Positions 46,122 through 54,923 of a stretch of 64,000 nucleotides of DNA are shown piece after piece. Each line of letters opens with the position of its first letter. Position 1 is the stretch's first letter. The position numbers and the translations under genes are program-made. The DNA comes from a virus, in the IMG/VR virus record IMGVR_UViG_3300030098_005409; one strand, 5' to 3'. The notes below the pieces were generated by a model. That model saw only the letters and a program-made list of their open reading frames with translations. It had not been told where the DNA came from and did no database searches.

Positions 46122-47705
46122 CTAGCCCTTTAATAGTCCTATGTATTTCTGCTGAAAGTCTACTGCCTGTTTAGCTCTTTCAGATTCTTTTGTTATTTTG
46201 TGTCCCTGCATCCCAGGGATTGTTGTAGCAATAGATGTTTTTGCCGTGCTTATCGCAGACAAAAAAGACTTACTATATTCTACGTTCTTTTGACTTTCTA
46301 CAATCACTGTATCTCTCACCCAACACCCAATAGCAAACGACATTGTTAGATCGTCGTTATAGCTTCTCATTGCCTGTGGTCTTCCGTGATGCCAAATAAA
46401 TGTTTTCATTTCGGAAAGCAAACGATTTGAGTTAATTGTAATTAGTTTATTTCTCATAAACTCTTCCATTTTCGCGACGATCAAAGGTCTTGTTTTGGAA
46501 GAAGTTGTAAAGCCGGGTATTACGTTTGATTGCCATTGTGCTGTCAGGGGATCCACATACTGGTGGTCTGTCTTAGTTGCATAGTATAGGTTAGGGTACC
46601 CTTTATCTATCAATTTTTTAAGTACTGCGAAGCCAATATTGTTGTTTTCTATCACCAACATAGGATTACCATACTCAGCTGCCACGTTAGAAAGAATATC
46701 AGCAAAGTCATCCGGAGTTGGCTTGCCCACATATTCAGCGACTTGTTCAAGATTTTGCAGTTCTATAATGTGGAAAGCGCTGTTGTCTTTGCCGTCACCG
46801 CGAGCAACATCGGCTACTATCAAGTAAGGAAGTTCTGGATTGTATTGTTTCCAGATCCAATAGTTTCTATCAAACCCCGTGCGGTATTCGGGTGCTGTTA
46901 TTTTTTCTAGATACCACTGAAGGTCATCGGGATGGACAACAGTTTCACCGGAAACGTTGAAGTTGCACTCAAGCTCCTGAGCAATCTGTCGCTTGGACAT
47001 ATTTTTGGTTTCTTTTTCAAACCATTTCTTGTCGCGTTCTGGATGGACATCCCACAACAATGTAGTCATGTGGAAATCATTTGTGCCGGCTTCAGCCTCA
47101 ACACAGTTCTGGTGGAACCAATTACCCACACCGTTGGGTGTGGATAAGGCGATACATCTCCCACCTGTAGATAGTGTAGGGTAAAGTGCTGTCCACAGAT
47201 CTTCTAACTTTTCAACGTGAGCGGCCTCATCGATAATTAGAAGCGACAGAGCTTCTGAACGACCAGCGTCCCCTGATGTAGACGAGCCCTTAATCTGCGA
47301 TCCGTTAGAAAGTTCAAACGATGTTCTGTTATCAACAGTGATGTCAGAGATCTGCATCCACTTTGGCAGATTCTTGATAATGGCCTTAACCTTTTTAACA
47401 AGGTTTGTTGCTGTCTGCAGCTTTGTCGCGACAACAAGAATGTTCTTATCTTTATGGAACAACATCAGCCACGCAACATAGGCGGCACTAATAGTAGAAA
47501 TGCCCAACTGTCGGGCTTTTAGGATAATATTAAAACGATAATCGCGGAAGTCTTTTAGCAGTTCCTGCTGATAATCAAACGCCTTGAAAGGAATCAAGCC
47601 TTTCTGCGGGTGGGAGATTCGACAATAGCTTGTAGTAAAATAAACCGGGTCTTTGCCGGCCTTAACAATCTCTTTTAGTATCTCTTGCTTTGTAAGAGCG
47701 GCCAT
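46122..47705 (-). CDS. terL: Terminase large subunit (T4 gp17-like)
   Basis: KARQLGIST, Walker B LIIDEAAH, STPNG, nuclease ADVARGDGKD and NDDLTM. Confidence 0.95.
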   Translation of the reverse strand: MAALTKQEILKEIVKAGKDPVYFTTSYCRISHPQKGLIPFKAFDYQQELLKDFRDYRFNIILKARQLGISTISAAYVAWLMLFHKDKNILVVATKLQTATNLVKKVKAIIKNLPKWMQISDITVDNRTSFELSNGSQIKGSSTSGDAGRSEALSLLIIDEAAHVEKLEDLWTALYPTLSTGGRCIALSTPNGVGNWFHQNCVEAEAGTNDFHMTTLLWDVHPERDKKWFEKETKNMSKRQIAQELECNFNVSGETVVHPDDLQWYLEKITAPEYRTGFDRNYWIWKQYNPELPYLIVADVARGDGKDNSAFHIIELQNLEQVAEYVGKPTPDDFADILSNVAAEYGNPMLVIENNNIGFAVLKKLIDKGYPNLYYATKTDHQYVDPLTAQWQSNVIPGFTTSSKTRPLIVAKMEEFMRNKLITINSNRLLSEMKTFIWHHGRPQAMRSYNDDLTMSFAIGCWVRDTVIVESQKNVEYSKSFLSAISTAKTSIATTIPGMQGHKITKESERAKQAVDFQQKYIGLLKG

Positions 47706-47706
47706 A

Positions 47707-48249
47707 TTAGACCTTCACATTTGAAGGCTTTTTGGCTTTGTCTCTCCCTAGTGCAAGAAAATCTCTGACTGCTTTATCAAGGCGGTCTTCGTCTGAGCCA
47801 CCGTTTACCTCAACAACATCAGTCAAGCCGCCGATGCGGTAATCACAATGAGCCTGAACGTCGGTGCGGTAATTAGAAATACGCTGCACGAGAACATATG
47901 GCTCACCTTCCTTTGTCAAGGTTAGTGTATCACCCGTGACGGCTTTGTATTCTTTCTTTAGGAAGTTAGCAATATCTTGTAGACGCTGCTCTATCTCACC
48001 TTCAAAGCCTTTGTCTTGGACTTCTTTTAGTCTTGTCTCTGCCTGATAGTTAATTCTTAGAATTGGACCGTGGAACTTGACGCCAAAACCATCCATAACG
48101 CGTCGGTCGTGAATATAATGACCGTCTTCTCTTTCGAGCCCTGCTGTGCGGGCCTTGCCGTCAGCCGCGAGAGTCGCATCATGCGCTCCGTCATAGGCAT
48201 TAGCTGCCGCTTGGTTGATTCCTTTTACAATGTCGTATACTGAAGCCAT
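47707..48249 (-). CDS. Hypothetical protein
   Basis: 180 aa, directly upstream of the terminase gene. Confidence 0.7.
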   Translation of the reverse strand: MASVYDIVKGINQAAANAYDGAHDATLAADGKARTAGLEREDGHYIHDRRVMDGFGVKFHGPILRINYQAETRLKEVQDKGFEGEIEQRLQDIANFLKKEYKAVTGDTLTLTKEGEPYVLVQRISNYRTDVQAHCDYRIGGLTDVVEVNGGSDEDRLDKAVRDFLALGRDKAKKPSNVKV

Positions 48250-48250
48250 T

Positions 48251-48637
48251 TTATTGTTCCTTATTCGGTCTCCACCCGTTTATCCATCTCTCTTCTCTCC
48301 CACCTTCGATATATTGAACATAACATTTAAAGCAAGCTTGAAATTTGTTCATATACAAATCATCGCGTGGATGAAAAGAATATTTGGAGCAAACAGGACA
48401 AGTCCTATTATGATCTCTATTAAGTAGTTTTTTGTTTATTAAAAATCCATCTGCTTCTATTTTGTCTTGAGATTCGGCATTCTTGGCAAACTTTTGTTGT
48501 TCTTCTACTGACTGTTGCAGATATTCTTTTTCTTTATCCTCGTCCCAAAAACGTTGCGGATTGTGAGTTGCCTCTTCACCATATTTCTGCGAAATAGCTT
48601 TCTCTAATCTGGCAACATAATCTTGTTTGTCACTCAC
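48251..48637 (-). CDS. Hypothetical protein with C-x2-C...C-x2-C
   Basis: CPVC and CFKC. Confidence 0.65.
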   Translation of the reverse strand: MSDKQDYVARLEKAISQKYGEEATHNPQRFWDEDKEKEYLQQSVEEQQKFAKNAESQDKIEADGFLINKKLLNRDHNRTCPVCSKYSFHPRDDLYMNKFQACFKCYVQYIEGGREERWINGWRPNKEQ

Positions 48638-49098
48638 TGATTTACAATCTCCGTTGAAAGCGCAAAAATTCCTAATGAAGTTAGGGTGCCAATACCAAAT
48701 CCTAGGGCAACCATAAAAGGCTCCATCCCAGGGCTTTGCTTGGTCACTAACTCCATTAGACGATCATTCTCGGCGGCCTTCAATATCATCATAGACTCAT
48801 ACTTATCTTTCCAAGATTGAATCTCTATATCCTTATAATCAAGCCGCAAACTAAAGTTTTCTTCTTGAAGCTTTAGTTCGTACTCAACCCGAACTTCGCA
48901 CTCTACATCAGAAAATCTTTTTTCGTTCAGAACCTTTGCCGCGGCATCAAGCGACAATAGTATGCCGTCAAACGGCACAATGTCGCCAGCCTCTATGGGC
49001 AATACAACATAGTCTGGGTCTGGTGTTTCTTCTGCTAAGGCAAATGTTGGTGTTAGCATTGCTAATGCCACAAAGACGCTTAATATTTTTTTAGCCAT
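48634..49098 (-). CDS. Exported coiled-coil protein with C-terminal TM (spanin-like candidate)
   Basis: Signal peptide ending ALA-EE, coiled coil, C-terminal hydrophobic helix. Confidence 0.5.
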   Translation of the reverse strand: MAKKILSVFVALAMLTPTFALAEETPDPDYVVLPIEAGDIVPFDGILLSLDAAAKVLNEKRFSDVECEVRVEYELKLQEENFSLRLDYKDIEIQSWKDKYESMMILKAAENDRLMELVTKQSPGMEPFMVALGFGIGTLTSLGIFALSTEIVNQ

Positions 49099-49498
49099 TT
49101 TCTAGTCCAAAAGCGTTGGCTATTTGTTTTGCCAACTTCTCTGGATCATTATACCCTTCGTCTACAATCTTTTTAAGTTCTGCTTCTTTTTCTTTACTGA
49201 GGCTGTCACCTCTCGCTTCTAGTTCCCGCCTAAGTTCTTCTTTCCTTTTAAGATGTTCCTCAAGCCTAAGGTTCTTTTCAGCTACCTCTGTGTTATGGAT
49301 GTGCGACAGCGTTTCCATCTCTTGATCGTGCTGGTTCCTTTTAGCATCAAGTAAGTCTATAACCCGTGTTAACAGCACACCATTGCGCAGCAACGCAGAC
49401 GCCATGCAAGCTCCTACGAATAGCAAGACTATAACGATCATCCACCAAAACTTTTTAGCCCATAGCCAAGCTTGTTTAGCAAATAATTTTATCTTCAT
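49091..49498 (-). CDS. N-terminal TM plus coiled coil (i-spanin-like candidate)
   Basis: WWMIVIVLLFVGACMASALL, then long charged helix. Confidence 0.5.
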   Translation of the reverse strand: MKIKLFAKQAWLWAKKFWWMIVIVLLFVGACMASALLRNGVLLTRVIDLLDAKRNQHDQEMETLSHIHNTEVAEKNLRLEEHLKRKEELRRELEARGDSLSKEKEAELKKIVDEGYNDPEKLAKQIANAFGLENG

Positions 49499-49698
49499 CG
49501 GTCACCATATCCTTTTAGTTTTGTAACGGCATCAATAACAGTTTGACCGCCGATATACACTGTAGTGATTATAACCCAGTCAGCAGACTGTAAATCAGAA
49601 AACAGCAGCAGCCCGGTGGCGGTTGCCCACGCCAACAACTTTCTGGACACTAGCTTGTCCAAGCCTCTATCTATTATGTGTCGCATTTTTTTAGTCAT
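49495..49698 (-). CDS. Putative holin (2 TM)
   Basis: 67 aa: SRKLLAWATATGLLLF...WVIITTVYIGGQ, basic ends. Confidence 0.55.
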   Translation of the reverse strand: MTKKMRHIIDRGLDKLVSRKLLAWATATGLLLFSDLQSADWVIITTVYIGGQTVIDAVTKLKGYGDR

Positions 49699-49712
49699 CG
49701 AATTTACTCCTA

Positions 49713-49722
49713 CTATAAATAG
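49713..49722. promoter_or_regulatory. CTATTTA (minus) / TATAAATA (plus) motif between divergent genes
   Basis: Lies in the 38-nt gap between the holin-like start (49698) and the J-domain start (49737). Confidence 0.55.
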
Positions 49723-49736
49723 GTTCTTGTATCATT

Positions 49737-50474
49737 ATGTCTAAACGCACCAAGCTTAAATTTAAGAAAATGCTGAAGAAAGCTGAATTTGTGCACGCAG
49801 ATTTAGAATACCACGAGGAGTTGGTTTCCGAAGCAAGAGCGGGCTTTAACGAAGCTTTTCTTGAAAGGCTAGCACGGCTAGACAAGTTACAAAAAAGGGC
49901 TTGGGACAGACATCTAAAAAAATTGAATAATGAAAAAGCAGAGCAGCTCTTGGAACAGGCCGAAAAAGAACAGAAGGAAAAGCTAGAACCCAAACAAGCC
50001 GAGCTGCCCGCCAACGTAGCAGAGCAAAATAAAGAAGTTTTTATGGATGGTGAAACGGGTGAAGAGTTCTACATGAACCCCGATGAGATAGAACAAGACG
50101 ACGACAATAAATTGGGCGTAATTAAAAAGCTTTATCGCAAAATTGCCAACGAAACACACCCTGATAAATTAGTTGCCTCGGGATTCTCTCTCGGAGAATC
50201 TCAAAGAAAGCAAGATATCTTTAAGAAAGCCAAAGAAGCTTACGAAAGAGACAACTGGTACACTCTCTATTCCATAGCCATCGACCTTGGAATATCCCCG
50301 GGGGACATTGATGACAAACACATTGACTGGATTGAAGAAGATATTAAACTTACGATGGGACGTATTTCCAAAATAGGCCAACTGTTTGTATGGGTCTGGT
50401 ATACCTCAACTGATGAAGTCAAAGAGAGAGTAATGGACCAATACTTTAGGCAAGTATATGATTGGCCAAAATAA
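49737..50474 (+). CDS. J-domain (DnaJ-like) protein
   Basis: IKKLYRKIANETHPDKL...FKKAKEAYE with HPD motif; the only plus-strand gene. Confidence 0.85.
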   Translation: MSKRTKLKFKKMLKKAEFVHADLEYHEELVSEARAGFNEAFLERLARLDKLQKRAWDRHLKKLNNEKAEQLLEQAEKEQKEKLEPKQAELPANVAEQNKEVFMDGETGEEFYMNPDEIEQDDDNKLGVIKKLYRKIANETHPDKLVASGFSLGESQRKQDIFKKAKEAYERDNWYTLYSIAIDLGISPGDIDDKHIDWIEEDIKLTMGRISKIGQLFVWVWYTSTDEVKERVMDQYFRQVYDWPK

Positions 50475-50476
50475 AA

Positions 50477-50542
50477 CTAGTTCTTCTTTTTCTTTTTAAA
50501 TGTTAAGCCGCCTAAGAGCGCTTCCCAAAATGCTGAACTCAT
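50477..50542 (-). CDS. 21-aa micropeptide MSSAFWEALLGGLTFKKKKKN; not in track
   Basis: GAGGA RBS; ATGA overlap with the SbcCD stop; exactly fills the gap to the J-domain stop. Confidence 0.45.
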   Translation of the reverse strand: MSSAFWEALLGGLTFKKKKKN

Positions 50543-53500
50543 TGGTTTATCCTCGCATAACCGTTAGTCTTATCTATTGTAATCTCTGTATCCACAATGT
50601 CTTTCAGAGAATCCAAGTGAGAAATAAGTATAACTGTTTTGAAATACGTTTTAACTAGGTCAAGCATACGAATAAAGCCCTCCATGTTTTCAGCATCCAA
50701 AGCAGTTCCTGGCTCGTCAAGGATAAAGATGTTCCCCTTTGGTAGCGACGATACAGATAGTAGCGCCAAGCGTATGCCCATGGACGCAAGAGTCTTCTCT
50801 GCTCCGGAGCCCATCTCAATAGGGCGCGCTTCAAAGTTAGGATGTTTGATAAGAACATCCAACTTGTTGCCATCCTCTTGGAAGAAGACTTCAAAGTCAA
50901 CAATGTTTGAGATTGTCTTTGCTATCTCCTCATTGATAACCGGCAAGCGTCTTTTAATAATATGGTAAGCGATTCCGTTGGAATGCATACAACGCATAAA
51001 TAAATCATAGGCGGCGAACTCTGCGCGGATATCAAGTAGCTCTTGCTTCTTCTCCTTGAGGGATTCTACCTTTTGTTCAAGCGATCCAATCGTTCTATTG
51101 TGCACTGACAACCCTTCCTCAAAGACTTCAATGCCTTTCTTGTTGGCTTCTATCTTATCAGAGATCTCGTCTCGGGATGAGATAAGGTTTTCAATGTTTT
51201 GAATAGCTTCCTTGTTATCCTCATACAGAGCAATCTTTTCATTCGTTTCAGTTAACTCAGCCGACATTGTTTTAATCTTGGCAAACAACTTTTCAATTGA
51301 AACTTTGTTGTCACGCTTTTCGATCTCAATGCCGTTCTTGGCAATTATTGTTTCGTTATACTTGTCGATCAAAGCAACCATCTCTGCCGAGTTAACTGAT
51401 ACTACCTTCTTCTTGTAGCCCTTAGCTTCCTCAATCTTCTCGATAATTGTCTTTTCAAGGAGGGGTAGCTCCAACGAAGCCGAGTGTGCGTCAGCAATAA
51501 ACTTACAGGAAGTCACAAAAGCATCACCACAAGGAACCTCGTCAAGGAGGTTTAGCTTCTTGGCCATTGTTTTATAATCGTTGTCCATAATCCGAGCACG
51601 GTTTACGGTCTCATCATAACGTTGCTTAAAATCGTCGTACTGCTTTTTCTCTTCCAGCAGTTCTTCAATATTAATCGTCGTTAAGAAATCATCATAAGTT
51701 TTTAGCTTACCATCAAATTGAACTATCTCTTGTTTTAGTTCGCTGATATTATCCTTTGTATCTTGAATACTGGTGGTTAGTTGCTTTCTTTTCTCAACCA
51801 ATTTCTTGATGTTTAGGCGCTCTGTTGGGATAGAGTCAATCTGTTCAGTCAAATCACTGTACACTTGCTCGTTTTCAACCAACTGCTGACGTATAGCTTC
51901 ACAGTTCTTAGTGTCGGCTAGTAGTTCTTTCTGGGCTTCTTCACAATGCACCTCGGCAATAGCTATGTCTTTATCATAATCTGTGTCACCCAAGCGTCGA
52001 AGGACAGCTTTTAAGTCAGCTGAATCTTCTTTTGCTAGCTTAAACTTCTTCTCAAAGATCTCTAAATCCAAGAACTTAGCTAGGATCTCCTTACGCTTTG
52101 TGGATCCTTCCTTAATAAAGCTTAAAGAATCAAGCTGGCTAGCCATTGACGTCAATAAAAAGTCCTCAATTGTGCCAAACTGCTTGCGAATATTAGCATC
52201 GGTCTCATTGCGTGTCGTGCCGTTAAGGCTTAAATCACCGTCCTGCGTAAAGTCCAAGAAGGTCCTAGCTTCATTGGTTTCTACACCTTTGAGGCGCTTT
52301 ATATACTTCTCGGATTTTCTTTCGATAGTATAGGTCTTCTCGCCAATTTGAAGGTCAATTGTGCCAATACAGTTCTTCTTGTTCTGGTTGATAATGTTGT
52401 AATTCTTACGTTCGTTCTTTGACGTTGTGTTAAACATAGTATAAAGCATCCCATCAATAACTGATGACTTGCCTGAATAGTTCTTACCAAAGATGCCCAC
52501 AATTCCATTGAGGTTTGTAAAGTCAAGAGTGTTGCTTTCACCATAATTGAACAGATTATCCCACTCAAAGCGATTAATATTCCAGTTAACGTTTCTCGCA
52601 ATGTCTTCGTTCTCCTCAATATGAGAGTTATACTTACGGTTTAGCTCGTAAATCTTCTGGATTGTTTCCTCTGTGGGTTCATAATCCTCTAAATACTCGC
52701 GCATTAGACGTTCTTGAACTGCAACGTCTCGTAAGTTCTCAACCTTAAAGCTCTTTCCAAGACTAACTTCTCCTCTTTCTCCTGCTGCGCGGTTCAAGAA
52801 CGAGATTGATTCAGGCTTAAAACGGGACTTTGCCACCTCGACAGCCTTGCGCATCACATCCAAAGGAAGGTTGTTATTGCTTACAAGACGAAGACGAGCA
52901 CCAGAAGGAATCTTAGTGCCCTTTGGCATACGCCCCTTCGGCGTTAGTTCAATCGTCATAAAAGGCTTTGGGTTCAAAAGAACATGATGATTAACTGTAA
53001 AAGTGTTTTTGTCTTCAATGTCCCAAATCAAAAAGCCTTTGTCGTTGGTTTCGCCGTGGTTCTGCTGGACAGTCGAACCGCAGTAACGTACTCGACCCTC
53101 TGTATCAAGAATCTGATTTGTCTTGTGAATGTCCCCAAGCATTGCGAAGTCGTGACCGGCGAAGACTCCAATGTCATGATCGCCATGATCCATAACCCAG
53201 CCAACGTCCGTCGAGACGCCACCAATGGCGCCGTGATACAAAGCAATATTAATACGAGACTGGTCGCTTGGTGCGACCCAGTTCTCCTCGTCAAACACGG
53301 ATAGCACGTTGAGCGCGAGATCGGGCTCTAGAACAGTTTCACCCGCGTTCTTGAGTAGGTAAAGGTTTGGAAGATTTAAAGCGCTTACAATGGGCGACAG
53401 CGCGTCCTGACGGCTACTGTTCTTTAAGTTGCCGTCGTGGTTGCCCAGAATGATATAGGTTGGCGCGATCGAGGCCAGATTCACGAAGAAGTCGGAGCAA

Positions 53501-53694
53501 AGCTCAACGAACTCTGGTGAAATCTGGGTCTTGGTGTGGGCGATGTCGCCGCAGTGAACAATGTAATCCACGTTCTCTTTACGAAGAATCTCGTAAAGTT
53601 GTTCGAATACCTTCTTGTATTCGTAATGATATTTTAAATTTTTTATATGCGTGTCCGCAATGTGAGCTATTCTATACACGTTATCCCCTAACAC
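50539..53694 (-). CDS. Fused Mre11/SbcD nuclease and Rad50/SbcC ATPase (gp47-gp46-like)
   Basis: HIADTH, GDIAH, GNHD, LGDIH; Walker A GKNYSGKS; coiled coil with Cys pair; GSGAEK signature; LDEPG; ISH. GTG at 53679 is a possible true start. Confidence 0.92.
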   Translation of the reverse strand: MLGDNVYRIAHIADTHIKNLKYHYEYKKVFEQLYEILRKENVDYIVHCGDIAHTKTQISPEFVELCSDFFVNLASIAPTYIILGNHDGNLKNSSRQDALSPIVSALNLPNLYLLKNAGETVLEPDLALNVLSVFDEENWVAPSDQSRINIALYHGAIGGVSTDVGWVMDHGDHDIGVFAGHDFAMLGDIHKTNQILDTEGRVRYCGSTVQQNHGETNDKGFLIWDIEDKNTFTVNHHVLLNPKPFMTIELTPKGRMPKGTKIPSGARLRLVSNNNLPLDVMRKAVEVAKSRFKPESISFLNRAAGERGEVSLGKSFKVENLRDVAVQERLMREYLEDYEPTEETIQKIYELNRKYNSHIEENEDIARNVNWNINRFEWDNLFNYGESNTLDFTNLNGIVGIFGKNYSGKSSVIDGMLYTMFNTTSKNERKNYNIINQNKKNCIGTIDLQIGEKTYTIERKSEKYIKRLKGVETNEARTFLDFTQDGDLSLNGTTRNETDANIRKQFGTIEDFLLTSMASQLDSLSFIKEGSTKRKEILAKFLDLEIFEKKFKLAKEDSADLKAVLRRLGDTDYDKDIAIAEVHCEEAQKELLADTKNCEAIRQQLVENEQVYSDLTEQIDSIPTERLNIKKLVEKRKQLTTSIQDTKDNISELKQEIVQFDGKLKTYDDFLTTINIEELLEEKKQYDDFKQRYDETVNRARIMDNDYKTMAKKLNLLDEVPCGDAFVTSCKFIADAHSASLELPLLEKTIIEKIEEAKGYKKKVVSVNSAEMVALIDKYNETIIAKNGIEIEKRDNKVSIEKLFAKIKTMSAELTETNEKIALYEDNKEAIQNIENLISSRDEISDKIEANKKGIEVFEEGLSVHNRTIGSLEQKVESLKEKKQELLDIRAEFAAYDLFMRCMHSNGIAYHIIKRRLPVINEEIAKTISNIVDFEVFFQEDGNKLDVLIKHPNFEARPIEMGSGAEKTLASMGIRLALLSVSSLPKGNIFILDEPGTALDAENMEGFIRMLDLVKTYFKTVILISHLDSLKDIVDTEITIDKTNGYARINQ

Positions 53695-53697
53695 AAA

Positions 53698-53736
53698 ACT
53701 CTACCACCAGTATACACCAGTGGTAGAGTCTGTCAA
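53698..53736 (-). promoter_or_regulatory. Sigma70-type promoter embedded in an inverted repeat
   Basis: TTGACA(53736-53731)-16-TATACT(53714-53709). Arms ACTCTACCAC/GTGGTAGAGT, then TTTG. Confidence 0.7.
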
Positions 53737-53751
53737 GTGTTATTTTTAATT

Positions 53752-54834
53752 TTATCTAGGAAAGTTTCTTGGATAATCGCGCTTAATGGCGTGAACGCGT
53801 TCCCCAGCGGCTAGCCGGTCTTTGATCCTATCTACATCACCCTGATGGAGGCGACCTTTTGACTTTTCAAATTCTGCTTTCCGAATAAGATCCTGAGCCT
53901 CATCTTGCCCCTCTTCCATTGGAGCGTACATCGGGTTGGCGAGGATGTGGCGAAGAGTAGCAACCATGTCGGCATCCAAACTCATGCTAAGGTCCTTCAA
54001 CTCATCCCGAGTCATCTTACCCAGAGCTTCACGGGCATTGATAAGAGTAATAAGCCGCCCTTCGGGGGAATCGAATGCTCGATCACGGGTCTCCTCGTCC
54101 TCTGGCTGAGCAATATCTTCAATCCCTGCGCCTGGGCGATCGGCGCCGCGCATGGCGTCCATCTCTTCCTTAACTGCCTTCTTCAAGGAGCCGCGACTAA
54201 CTTTGATGCTCTTGCCGCGCCCAGTATCCTTATCGAACTTAACAGCAACATCGGTGTTCTTTGTTCCTGGGTGGGTCACAACACCGGCGCCATACTCGTC
54301 ATGGGTTACTTTCTCACCAGACCTAAAGCCTTCTTCAAGCTGTTTCATATCGCGGTTTGCTAGCCCTTGGCGAACTTTATCAGCGATAGTCTCTAGCATT
54401 TCTGCTATCCCCAGGGCTGCAGCGTTGGCAGAGATTGCCGCGACAGCAACTTCAGGATTCTGCTGAATGAAGCCGATAAACTGACTGACTAGCTCGGCGC
54501 CCGGGAAGCCCTCTTGAAGCTTGCCTCTCTCTTCCATATCAAGAGCCATGGCAACAGCCTGCTTCTGAGGCTTGCCTTCCTTATCCATCAAGTAGGAGAT
54601 TTTCTTGCTTACCTTATCGTCATTCTCGGATATTCTGTTGCGACTGTGAAACTCAGCAAGATCCGTTAGAATTTTATACAAGTTATAGTTATCTTCACCA
54701 TAAGCAGTATTCAAAACTAAAGTTATCTTGTCAAGAACGTCGCCGTACAAAGCCTCTAGAGGCATATCTTGCCCCGCGATAGAAGCGGCTTCTTCATTAA
54801 TAAACTTTCTAAAGTTTTCTAATATAAGCTTCAT
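53752..54834 (-). CDS. Modular protein with MKLILENF N-terminus and repeated LxE sites; contains a Tudor-like segment
   Basis: INEE, ISE, LQEG, LEEG, VKEE and MEEG sites; GEKVTHDEYGAGVV...VAVKFD segment. Confidence 0.65.
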   Translation of the reverse strand: MKLILENFRKFINEEAASIAGQDMPLEALYGDVLDKITLVLNTAYGEDNYNLYKILTDLAEFHSRNRISENDDKVSKKISYLMDKEGKPQKQAVAMALDMEERGKLQEGFPGAELVSQFIGFIQQNPEVAVAAISANAAALGIAEMLETIADKVRQGLANRDMKQLEEGFRSGEKVTHDEYGAGVVTHPGTKNTDVAVKFDKDTGRGKSIKVSRGSLKKAVKEEMDAMRGADRPGAGIEDIAQPEDEETRDRAFDSPEGRLITLINAREALGKMTRDELKDLSMSLDADMVATLRHILANPMYAPMEEGQDEAQDLIRKAEFEKSKGRLHQGDVDRIKDRLAAGERVHAIKRDYPRNFPR

Positions 54835-54845
54835 CTTTTAATCCT

Positions 54846-54923
54846 CTAGCAGCAATCGCCGGTGCAGCAGCAGCAACAACGGGGTGTAAATAGGCTTACA
54901 ATCTTGTCCCATAAGTTTCTCAT
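54846..54923 (-). CDS. 25-aa Cys-rich micropeptide MRNLWDKIVSLFTPRCCCCCTGDCC; not in track
   Basis: GGAG RBS; ATGA overlap with the upstream stop; its TAG abuts the AGGA RBS of the next gene. Confidence 0.6.
   Translation of the reverse strand: MRNLWDKIVSLFTPRCCCCCTGDCC

Noticed and set aside
48251-48637. 128- or 180-aa ORF upstream of terL as the terminase small subunit
   Set aside because: Only position supports it and no sequence motif was recognised; left as hypothetical.
329-53694. Introns, inteins or homing endonucleases in RNR, helicase, RecA, polymerase, terminase or SbcCD
   Set aside because: The ORFs are uninterrupted and no larger than expected, and no LAGLIDADG, HNH, GIY-YIG or intein splice motifs were seen.
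54820-54895. Ala-rich alternative frame (VVAAAAPAIAARG) over the Cys peptide
   Set aside because: It is preceded by an in-frame TAA and has no start codon or SD.
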